Assembly (NCBI GenBank): GCA_046483985.1
Contig: JAWOCD010000111.1
Location: 1 to 64,000 of the forward strand
Reading direction: 5' to 3'
Origin: Promethearchaeia archaeon
Lineage (GTDB): Archaea; Asgardarchaeota; Lokiarchaeia; Sigyniarchaeales; SOKP01
DNA length: 64,000 nucleotides
The notes under the pieces are model-generated. The model saw nothing but the letters and a program-made list of their open reading frames with translations. It ran no database searches and had not been told where the DNA came from. The translations under genes were made by a program, and so were the position numbers. Below, one piece after another: positions 20,994 through 29,591 of this stretch. Positions within the stretch are counted from its first letter, which is position 1. Every line of letters begins with the position of its first letter.

Positions 20994-21677
20994 GTGGAAA
21001 CAATTACGAGTAATAAAAAAAAAGAATTAGCGATCTCCATTTTGATAGGAGGATCTAGTTCCCGATTTGGAAGAGAAAAAGTGGGAATAGAACTTCTGGG
21101 AAAGCCTCTTATTGCACACCAAGTCGAAACTCTTTCTGACTTTGACGAAGATGTCTTTTTGGTTGCCAGTTCAGATGAGCAAGTGTTCAAAATTAAGAAG
21201 GAGATTGATTTTCCTGAGGAAATTGAGTTTATTGTCGATGATCGGGAATTTTTTCCCTATCCGGAGATTCATACCCCAATTTTAGGTTTTTATTCCGCTT
21301 TTCTAAATCTCAATCAAAGAGGGTTTCAAAAGACCTTTATCTTATCGTGCGATATGCCTTTAATCGACCCCGAAGTTGTTAATTTATTAATAAATGAAGT
21401 TCAAGGATATGATTGCTGTATTCCTCGTTGGAGTCACGGATATTTAGAGCCCCTTTGTGCGATCTATCCCGTCAAAAAAGGATTACAAAAAACAAGGGCA
21501 CTAATCGAAAAGAAAAATTTCAGCTTGACGAAAATCTTGGAAGAGGACTGGAATATTAATTATGTGTCTGTCAAGGATAAAATTAAACCACTAGATAAAA
21601 ATCTATTATCCTTCATCAATATAAATGGTCCTATTGACTTAAAGAAAGGGATAGAATTCTATAAAAAAGAATTATAA
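20994..21677 (+). CDS. mobA: Molybdenum cofactor guanylyltransferase MobA-like (paralog 2)
   Basis: LIGGSSSRFGREK, SCDMP, EPLCAIY and FININ motifs. Confidence 0.82.
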   Translation: METITSNKKKELAISILIGGSSSRFGREKVGIELLGKPLIAHQVETLSDFDEDVFLVASSDEQVFKIKKEIDFPEEIEFIVDDREFFPYPEIHTPILGFYSAFLNLNQRGFQKTFILSCDMPLIDPEVVNLLINEVQGYDCCIPRWSHGYLEPLCAIYPVKKGLQKTRALIEKKNFSLTKILEEDWNINYVSVKDKIKPLDKNLLSFININGPIDLKKGIEFYKKEL

Positions 21678-21745
21678 AATAATTGTGTTTACTCATGAGA
21701 TGAGTTCTTCATTCTCTTTGCATTCTTTTTCCTTTTTCTCTTCGA

Positions 21746-21783
21746 GGCGGTCCAATACGAATTTTACATCGCGGTTCATCTTT
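21746..21783 (-). repeat. Dispersed ~38-bp repeat (gene-fragment remnant), copy 2
   Basis: 33/38 identical to 16320-16357; the minus strand reads KMNRDVKFVLDR. Confidence 0.6.
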
Positions 21784-21836
21784 AAAAAGAAAAATCCAGT
21801 GGTAGGTTTTGAAAATTTAAAAGAAATTTTAAAGAA

Positions 21837-22064
21837 TTATTGTTTTTCTATTTTTAGATAGTAATTATTCCCTTTGTTATCGAGTTCTAGAACTTTATCC
21901 CCGTGTTTCTCAACGAATCGTTTAATATTTTCTCCTGCTTCACAAAAATCTCCAGAAACCTCGAGAATCTCTCCGGGGTCTAATTTTTTCAATCTTTTTT
22001 TTGTTTGAGCTACTGGCATCGGACAAACAAGACCGGTACAATCTAACTCGTGGGTTTTGCTCAT
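21837..22064 (-). CDS. tusA: Sulfur carrier TusA family protein
   Basis: LDCTGLVCPMP motif (CPxP); 75 aa. Confidence 0.92.
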   Translation of the reverse strand: MSKTHELDCTGLVCPMPVAQTKKRLKKLDPGEILEVSGDFCEAGENIKRFVEKHGDKVLELDNKGNNYYLKIEKQ

Positions 22065-22081
22065 TATTATATCCCTCCAAA

Positions 22082-22450
22082 TTAGGAAAAGATAATATTG
22101 TCCGCATCTTCACATTGCTCTAAAAAGCCGTGCATACTGGTCTTTTCTATCCCTTTAATAAATTCCTCTTCTTTCATACCTCTTGCTTTCATGCATACGC
22201 CACAAGCTAAAACATTAGCTCCTTCCTCTAGCACATTTTCCATCCACTCTCCTACATTATCATAGGTAGAGGGGTCTTGATTCTTTAATCCAACGAATAC
22301 TCCGTCTTCTACCAAAAAAATATTAACATTATGACCGTCTAAAAGTGCAGTATAAGCAAATCTTAGAACAGTATAAGGCCGTTCCTTTGTGTACGCTCCA
22401 TCTCCAACCGCAATGGTGAAGGTTTTTTTTTTATCTGACAATTTTAACAC
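22082..22450 (-). CDS. DsrE/TusD family sulfur relay protein
   Basis: IFLVEDGV and ACGVCMKARG motifs; co-oriented with tusA. Confidence 0.88.
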   Translation of the reverse strand: MLKLSDKKKTFTIAVGDGAYTKERPYTVLRFAYTALLDGHNVNIFLVEDGVFVGLKNQDPSTYDNVGEWMENVLEEGANVLACGVCMKARGMKEEEFIKGIEKTSMHGFLEQCEDADNIIFS

Positions 22451-22840
22451 CTACTATGAAATTATCTATTATTTGAAAATATGAAAGATTATATTAATAT
22501 TTTCGTTCTAAATTATTAATAATTTGGATAAATAAATAATAAATAAATAAAATTACCAAAACAAAAAAGAAATCTCTATAGACCTATGGTACTTAATACT
22601 TCCGACTCTTGCTTTTTTAACTTGGTGGCGGTGATGGAGTTTTATGGAAAGATCCTCCATCATTTATATATGGTTCCACTTTCTTGATCGGTATATGACA
22701 AAATATTCGGAAAAAACAAAATATTCGGAAAAACAAATACTTCCTCTGTTATGTTTTTAAAGATCCATTTCAATACGATAATAGAGCAAAAGATTTGAAA
22801 GTTGGAAACACAACTGTTTAAAGAAATTTTTTAAAAATCA

Positions 22841-22976
22841 TGGGAAGTCTGACTGCACCCTGGATTTTTGTCTTTTGGTTATTACGCGCTTTTCGCGTGA
22901 TGAATTTTGCCCTCCTCTTCCTATACCGTTTAAGAGCCTGCATTTTTTCTGGGCTCATAGGCGGTCAGATTTCCCA
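22841..22976. repeat. 136-bp element with 16-bp terminal inverted repeats (MITE or structured ncRNA)
   Basis: TGGGAAGTCTGACTGC ... GCGGTCAGATTTCCCA, plus internal hairpins ACGCG/CGCGT and GAGCC/GGCTC. Confidence 0.55.
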
Positions 22977-23031
22977 CCCTTTTTATTAGAAACCTCTTCT
23001 CTGGATAGGGGGAATTCCCTAAATACTTTGA

Positions 23032-23217
23032 AATGTTTCAATCGATCCAAAGATTTTGTCTGGAAAACCAGTATTTAAGGGGACGAGAATCCCTATATCT
23101 ATTGTATTACGAATGCTGCGGGACGGAGCGTCCTTTCAAAAAGTAATTAAGAAATATCTCAGGCTTACAGAGGATGATATTAGAGCAGATCCAGGTGAAA
23201 TTCTTCACTTATATTAA
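23032..23217 (+). pseudogene. DUF433 family antitoxin, 5'-disrupted
   Basis: Manual translation IDPKILSGKPVFKGTRIPISIVLRMLRDG...YLRLTEDDIRA. In-frame TGA at 23029-23031 and no start codon for the full domain. Confidence 0.8.
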
Positions 23218-23307
23218 ATGTTTAAATTGAAGATTTCGCTGTAAGTTAAAGATTAATAAATGAAAATGTCTTCACTTGTATAAGATGTTTAAATATAACC
23301 AAATTAT

Positions 23308-23394
23308 TTGAACTACTCACGAAATTATTTCGGACTAAAGAGTAATACTTGAACTACTCACGCCCGAAGCCGTGAGATTCATGCTCCCTAATGT
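23308..23394 (-). mobile_element. IS200/IS605 right-end-like remnant, family B, with tandemly duplicated end
   Basis: TTGAACTACTCACG at 23308 and 23349, then a CTCACG/CGTGAG hairpin and GATTCATGCTCCCTAATGT. Reverse-complement homolog at 58290-58336. Confidence 0.65.
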
Positions 23395-23436
23395 TGATTT
23401 AAGTTTAGAAGAAAAAAATTCTATACCGATAATGAA

Positions 23437-24951
23437 ATGAGAAAGTTTTCCAATTACAAGAAAGTCTTCACAGAGATTGGACTTTTTATTTTAATTCTAA
23501 TTGGAGTATCTCTAACACGACTTCATAATTATCTTCTTTTTCATACTATTGTGGAGTCATATTCTATATTTATAGCTTTAGTGATCTTTATTTTTGCTTG
23601 GACAACACGAAAAGAAATAGATAATTCCTTTTTTTTAGTGCTGAGTATTTCTTCAATGTTTGTAGCGATTCTTGATTTTATACATACACTAGTTTTTCCG
23701 GGAATGAACATCATTACAGGGAGCAATACCAATCTTGCATCTCAGTTTTGGATTGCCACAAGATTTCTGCAAGTATTTTCAATACTGGGGAGTATATGGG
23801 CAATTAATAAAAAAGTTAGACCGAATTTGTTAATGTTAATTTATAGTTTAATAACAAGTGTCTTAATAATTATGATTTTCTCTGGTTTTTTCCCCGTTAC
23901 TTATAGCGAAAGTACGGGATTGACGCCGTTTAAAATAACTAGCGAATATATTATAATATTAATCATATTGGTTGCAATTTTTTTAATTTATTACTTCAGA
24001 AATCAGTTTGAGAAAAACATTTACTATCTCATTGAGGGTTTTCTTGTAACTCTGATCATCTCAGAGTTCTCTTTTACCTTGTATTTAAGTGCATATGAAC
24101 TCCCCAATTTAATGGGTCATATTTTTAAAATCGTTGCATTTTATTTTCTTTATAAATCAATAATTCAGATTGGGCTTAAAAATCCCGTCCAGCTCCTGTT
24201 TAGAAAACTGAATTTATCAAAAATTAAATTTGAGAATGCCTACAATCGAGCTAATTTTCTCATGAATTTAATTGCTCACGATATTAATAACATTTTGCAG
24301 GTTATTCAATTCGGAGTTGAAAACTCGAAGAACATCGTTAATTCCTCCGACAAGAATAAATCTCTGGAGGAAAGTCTCCAACTAATCGAAAATCAAGTTA
24401 GAGACGGTTCAAAATTGGTAAAAAATGTCATAAACTTATCCAAACTTGAAGATAAAGACATAATAATTAAAAAAGTTGAAATTAATCAAATTTTGGAAGA
24501 AAAAGTAGCTCAAGTTATGAAACGCTATCAAGACAGGGATCTGACAATCAAAATAAAAGCTACAAATGAACATATGTATGCTTATGCCAATGATCTATTA
24601 GGTGAAGTGTTCGATAATCTCTTGGTCAATGCAATTAAACACAATAGAGATATGAAACTAGAAATTCTTATAAGGGTTACTCGGGACCAACGAAAAGATA
24701 AAAGTTACATAAAGATAGAATTCATAGATAACGGCAAGGGTATTGAAGATAGTAGAAAAGAAACCTTATTTAAGGGGGATTTAACCCCAAAGGAAAGCAT
24801 ACACGGGATGGGGTTAGGGTTATCGCTCGTAAAAAGAATTATAGATCTCTTTAAAGGTAAGATTTGGATAGAAGACAGGGTAAAGGGAAATCACACAAAA
24901 GGTTGTAATTTCATAATTTTAATCCCTGAGGCTAGTAAAATGAGGTATTGA
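23437..24951 (+). CDS. MASE3-domain membrane sensor histidine kinase
   Basis: NYLLFHTIVE...HTL..PGM N-terminal multi-TM domain; HisKA AHDINN; N box NAIKH; DNGKGI; GMGLGL. Confidence 0.9.
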   Translation: MRKFSNYKKVFTEIGLFILILIGVSLTRLHNYLLFHTIVESYSIFIALVIFIFAWTTRKEIDNSFFLVLSISSMFVAILDFIHTLVFPGMNIITGSNTNLASQFWIATRFLQVFSILGSIWAINKKVRPNLLMLIYSLITSVLIIMIFSGFFPVTYSESTGLTPFKITSEYIIILIILVAIFLIYYFRNQFEKNIYYLIEGFLVTLIISEFSFTLYLSAYELPNLMGHIFKIVAFYFLYKSIIQIGLKNPVQLLFRKLNLSKIKFENAYNRANFLMNLIAHDINNILQVIQFGVENSKNIVNSSDKNKSLEESLQLIENQVRDGSKLVKNVINLSKLEDKDIIIKKVEINQILEEKVAQVMKRYQDRDLTIKIKATNEHMYAYANDLLGEVFDNLLVNAIKHNRDMKLEILIRVTRDQRKDKSYIKIEFIDNGKGIEDSRKETLFKGDLTPKESIHGMGLGLSLVKRIIDLFKGKIWIEDRVKGNHTKGCNFIILIPEASKMRY

Positions 24952-24952
24952 A

Positions 24953-24975
24953 GACTTCTTTCGCAGATCGTTAAA
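24953..24975. repeat. 23-bp dispersed repeat, copy 1
   Basis: GACTTCTTTCGCAGATCGTTAAA, identical to 52721-52743. Confidence 0.7.
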
Positions 24976-25294
24976 AGATCTTGAATGGATATTTTTGGAT
25001 TACTGTGTTTTCTCATCGCTTTAATTACATTCTTACTTCATAAATGACAAAATTTCCATAATTTATTCAATATTTCTTGAAAAGGAAATTACTCTGAAAA
25101 GCTTAGAAAGTAAAATACCCCCTCTAAGAATGGGTCCCAATAAATATTATTCCTTAATAAATAATAAGACGGAGGAGTCTAAAGAAAAGGTTTCTAACTT
25201 CTTGTTAATCTTGGAAATTATTTTTTCCTCATCATCCCCCTATAAATCTTAAAATTGAATGGAACATAATTTTATATTGAGGAAATCTTAGACT

Positions 25295-25822
25295 ATGAGT
25301 GAAACAAAATCATCGGATCGAGCCAGCGAATCGTATAAAGGTAAAGTAAAGCATCTTATATTGACCATTCCATTATTATTCTTGATAATTGTAATCTTTC
25401 TTTATATTAGCTCTTTAAATTTAAGTTTCGGGGTCATTTATATTAGTTTTTACATTGCGACAAATTTTTTTCAAGCATATTGTTGCGTATATCAAAAATG
25501 CCCATATATTGGAAAATATTGTCCAGGAATCGCATGCTTATATCCCGCAAGCCTTATTGCTCAGTTACCGATTTATCAAAATATGAAAAGAACGGAAAAA
25601 CGGTTCAATACTTTCGTCGCCTTAGCTGAAATCTCGTTATGTTGTTTTGTTGTATTCCCACTTTTCTTTCTTTATGACTTAGGATTACTTTATTTTGTGG
25701 GTTATGGTGTATTTTTTCTTATTTATGCGTTTTTATTCCTCTGGTTTATATGTCCAGACTGTGCGATTAAGAATACATGTCCTGCCGGAATAGCCTCCCA
25801 AAAACTTCGTAAGCAGCAATAA
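25295..25822 (+). CDS. Cys-rich four-TM hypothetical membrane protein
   Basis: Hydrophobic segments; CCxxxxCPYxGxxCP and CxxCxxxxxCP clusters. Confidence 0.75.
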   Translation: MSETKSSDRASESYKGKVKHLILTIPLLFLIIVIFLYISSLNLSFGVIYISFYIATNFFQAYCCVYQKCPYIGKYCPGIACLYPASLIAQLPIYQNMKRTEKRFNTFVALAEISLCCFVVFPLFFLYDLGLLYFVGYGVFFLIYAFLFLWFICPDCAIKNTCPAGIASQKLRKQQ

Positions 25823-26003
25823 GATTTTTTTTGAAGGGATCGAAAAATGGAAGACAAAATAGTTATAAGATTATGACCAAAAATGAGATTGCACAGAAAA
25901 TCAAAAGCAGCTTTCTATTCTGCAAATATATATTTTTTATCTTCAATTCTTTAAATTTTTTTAGCCCATAAATTTTAAAAAGAAGATAATCATACAGATA
26001 AGT

Positions 26004-26828
26004 ATGTTACAAACCATAGGGGGCCCCTTGTTTGAGTGGTTTTTTAATAACCTTTTTAAACTAATTTTTTCCATAATAACAATCTTAGTGGGGTATGTGA
26101 TTTTTAAAATAATTAAAAGGCAGGTTTCGAAGTTAGTAGAAAACAATAAAATTAAAAGGAGAATGGCGAAAAATATCCTCAAATTTATTAGAATTTTTAT
26201 TGTTATTATCCTCATTAGTGTAATTACCGCTCAATTTACAGAAGTATTAGGTTATTTCACGGGTATACTTGCTGTTGTGGGGGGTACGATAGTTGGTTTT
26301 GCTGCAATGAATACGCTTGGCAATTTAATAGCGGGTTTAATCATTATGGTTAGTAAACCGTTTATCGTGGGAGATAGAATCCTCTATGAGGAAAAAATCG
26401 CAGATGTAGTAAGTATCAATTTAATTTATACCGTTATTGTAGATCTGGATTCTTTACGAATTCATATTCCCAATCAACGATTATTACAAGAGGAAATCAC
26501 TAATTTAGGCAAAGACAATATAATAAGAAGAGGGATTAGAGTTACACCAGGGTTTGAGGAAGATAGACATAAAGTAGAAAGGGTATTAATTGAAGCTGCG
26601 GAGGAAGTTCCAGAGGTACTAAACTATCCAGAACCCTATGTATGGATTAATTCATTTCAAAATTATGCGGTAGAATATATTTTATATGTTTTCATCAGGG
26701 ATATTAAAAATTTACCGGAAATTGAATCTGAACTTCATAAAAAAGTTTTTGATTTATGCAAAGCAAACAATATAGATATCAGTACCCCTCTCTTACATCA
26801 AGAGAGAGAAGAAGATAAAAGAGGATAA
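26004..26828 (+). CDS. mscS: Small-conductance mechanosensitive channel (MscS family)
   Basis: VGFAAMNTLGNLIAG, KPFIVGDRI and IPN motifs. Confidence 0.92.
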   Translation: MLQTIGGPLFEWFFNNLFKLIFSIITILVGYVIFKIIKRQVSKLVENNKIKRRMAKNILKFIRIFIVIILISVITAQFTEVLGYFTGILAVVGGTIVGFAAMNTLGNLIAGLIIMVSKPFIVGDRILYEEKIADVVSINLIYTVIVDLDSLRIHIPNQRLLQEEITNLGKDNIIRRGIRVTPGFEEDRHKVERVLIEAAEEVPEVLNYPEPYVWINSFQNYAVEYILYVFIRDIKNLPEIESELHKKVFDLCKANNIDISTPLLHQEREEDKRG

Positions 26829-27073
26829 GAGAAGAGGTTAGAAGATATATCCATACCTAAATCAAGCTGTTCCATTCAATCCAAGAGGAAAGAGTGGGAT
26901 CGATTATGGTGGACCGTTCGGAAAGAACGCCAGCAACGCTAATGATAAATCTCACGAACTTGAGGTGGTTTTGAGGAAAGAGAACGGGTAAAGATCAAAT
27001 TTTCATTTATCAGCGGTTACATGCGGTGGCATATGGCATTTTAGATTTCTTAGTGGTTAATCCAAGTTAAAAG

Positions 27074-29251
27074 TTAATACTCAATTTCTTTGGGATTTCC
27101 ATAAACGGAAAAGGTCGTTTCTATTAGATGGGAATCCATCAAATGAGCACTTCTCTTATCTGGTTGTTGCCCCCCAATAAAAACAGTAAATTTTCCAGGT
27201 TCCAGAATGCATTTTCCCTGCACATTAATCAAAGCCATATCTCGCGGTGTAATATTAAAAGTGATCCGCGTCTTCTCATTTGGTAAAAGAACAATTCTTT
27301 TGAATCCGCGCAACTCATATTTAGGAACCCGAACGGATGCTTCCATATCCTTGAGATATAATTGTACAACTTCACCCCCCTTTCTTTTTCCCGTATTCGT
27401 TACATCGACTGAAATTTCCACTGAATCACCCAGATTTATTTCTTTCTGACTAAGCGTCAAATTAGAATACTGAAATGTCGTATAACTTAATCCGAACCCG
27501 AAAGAATATAATGGTTCCGTTTGAGAATATCGATAAGTGCGATTTTTCATACTATAGTCCAAGAAAGGCGGTAAATCATCCTCGTTCTTGGGAAATGTAA
27601 TAGGAAGCCTCCCTGCAGGATTATAATCCCCGAAAATAACATCGGCTATGGCTTGCCCGCCCATTTCCCCAGGATACCAAGCTTCAATTATAGCAGGGAT
27701 ATTTTTTTGAGCCCAGTTTACGGTCATGGGGCTCCCGTTTAATAAAACAAGTATAATATTAGTATTGACATCATAAAGCTTTTCTAATAGGATTTGCTGT
27801 GACGAGGGGAGTCCTAAAAATTCCCTATCGTCATCATTCCACGGAAAGCTGGAATCCTCCCCCTCATATTTCTGCGAAATTCCTAATACCGCCAAAACCA
27901 ATTCCGAATTTTTAGCAATCTCAATAGCCTCACTAAAACCCCGGGTGGAATGAGATCGCATTTTACAGCCTTGAGCATACCGAGTCTCGACGGTCGATCC
28001 CAATTTATTTCGAATAGCACGTAAGGGAGTCACATATTTTGAGAACATTCCATGATAATTGCCCAGAAGAACCTCATAATCGTCTGCATTTGGACCAATT
28101 ACTGCGATTGACTTGACATCCGAGGAATAAGGAAGAAAGTTATCGTGATTTTTCAATAAGACTATGGATTGTCGAGCCGCCTTCAACGCCAAGCGTCTGT
28201 GCTGTTTGCAATCGTTCACCTTTAAAGGAATTTGTTGATATTCGCAGAGTTCTGGTGGATCGAACATTCCTAATTGGAATCGAGCCATAAATAATCGTTT
28301 TACTGCTCTATTAATATGATATTCCGAAATTAGCCCTTTCTTGTAGGCAATCGGCAACCAGCGATAAGTTCTTCCACAATTCAAGTCGCATCCGCTTTTT
28401 ACAGCCTTTGCGGCAGATTTATAAAATCGATTAGTATACTTATGCCCTAAGGGACGATTAAAATCTGCAATAGCCCCACAATCCGAGACAATGTATCCGT
28501 CAAATCCCCATTTCTCCCGTAAAATGTGCTGCAATAATTCAGAATTTGCACAAGCGGGATATTCATTCACGCGATTATAGGCACACATTACTGAGGACGC
28601 TTGTCCTTCCGTGATACATTTCTTAAAGTGCGGGAGATAAGATTCATACAAGTCCTTTTTATGAACCAGAATATTCATACGATGTCGATATTTTTCTGGA
28701 CCACTATGCACTGCATAGTGTTTTGGCGTGGCAATCACTCTGAAATATTTAGGGTGATCTCCTTGCAGTCCTTTGATGAAAGCGACCCCCATCTTGCCAG
28801 TCAGATAGGGACATTCCCCATAGGTTTCCTGTCCCCGTCCCCAGCGAGGATCTCTAAATAAATTAATATTTGGACTCCAAAAAGTTAAGCCTTGATACTT
28901 CCCCCGTTCCCCTTTAGGGCTATGTTCATGGTGATGTTTAGCCCGCGCTTCTTTTCCGATGGCTTGAGCGATCTGGTAATGCAGATCGGTATTGAAAGTA
29001 GCGGCCAATCCAATTGCTTGGGGAAATACTGTCGCTATACCAGCGCCTGCCACCCCATGTAAACATTCATTCCACCAGTTATATTCTTGGATATTAAGAC
29101 GGGGAATAGCGGGCGCATTATAGCGCATTTGGGACATCTTTTCTTTTAGAGTCATTCGAGAGACGAGATCGTCCACTCGTTCTTCAAAGGTTAAGTTGGT
29201 ATTTAAATAAGGTGGTATTGCATTTTTGTTGTTCTCCTTTTTACTGGGCAT
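27074..29251 (-). CDS. Glycoside hydrolase family 3 beta-xylosidase/beta-glucosidase
   Basis: WNECLHG, RDPRWGRGQETYGE, KHY and VSDC nucleophile motifs; C-terminal FnIII-like domain; no signal peptide. Confidence 0.95.
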   Translation of the reverse strand: MPSKKENNKNAIPPYLNTNLTFEERVDDLVSRMTLKEKMSQMRYNAPAIPRLNIQEYNWWNECLHGVAGAGIATVFPQAIGLAATFNTDLHYQIAQAIGKEARAKHHHEHSPKGERGKYQGLTFWSPNINLFRDPRWGRGQETYGECPYLTGKMGVAFIKGLQGDHPKYFRVIATPKHYAVHSGPEKYRHRMNILVHKKDLYESYLPHFKKCITEGQASSVMCAYNRVNEYPACANSELLQHILREKWGFDGYIVSDCGAIADFNRPLGHKYTNRFYKSAAKAVKSGCDLNCGRTYRWLPIAYKKGLISEYHINRAVKRLFMARFQLGMFDPPELCEYQQIPLKVNDCKQHRRLALKAARQSIVLLKNHDNFLPYSSDVKSIAVIGPNADDYEVLLGNYHGMFSKYVTPLRAIRNKLGSTVETRYAQGCKMRSHSTRGFSEAIEIAKNSELVLAVLGISQKYEGEDSSFPWNDDDREFLGLPSSQQILLEKLYDVNTNIILVLLNGSPMTVNWAQKNIPAIIEAWYPGEMGGQAIADVIFGDYNPAGRLPITFPKNEDDLPPFLDYSMKNRTYRYSQTEPLYSFGFGLSYTTFQYSNLTLSQKEINLGDSVEISVDVTNTGKRKGGEVVQLYLKDMEASVRVPKYELRGFKRIVLLPNEKTRITFNITPRDMALINVQGKCILEPGKFTVFIGGQQPDKRSAHLMDSHLIETTFSVYGNPKEIEY

Positions 29252-29591
29252 TTGATAAATATTATTGGTTTATTCTTATTAAGTTTTGATTTTGATAAAT
29301 TACGAAAGAATCCGAAGGGTATACACAAATACGGGACAAGAATATAATTGTAAATTGATGGTTCATGAAGAACCGTTTGAGAAGAAGAATAACCGAACGG
29401 TCAAGATAGTTTATATTACCGAGCGGGGATTACTTCATAGCATAATTTATTTACCGATCGGAAAATGATGGACAGATTTCTGGAATATTATTACAGATAA
29501 TAGATTCAATTAAAAATAATGGTTTATTTACTTAGATAGATTATATTATAATTATAAATTAGAAAAAATTAACATCATAAAGGATTATTTT

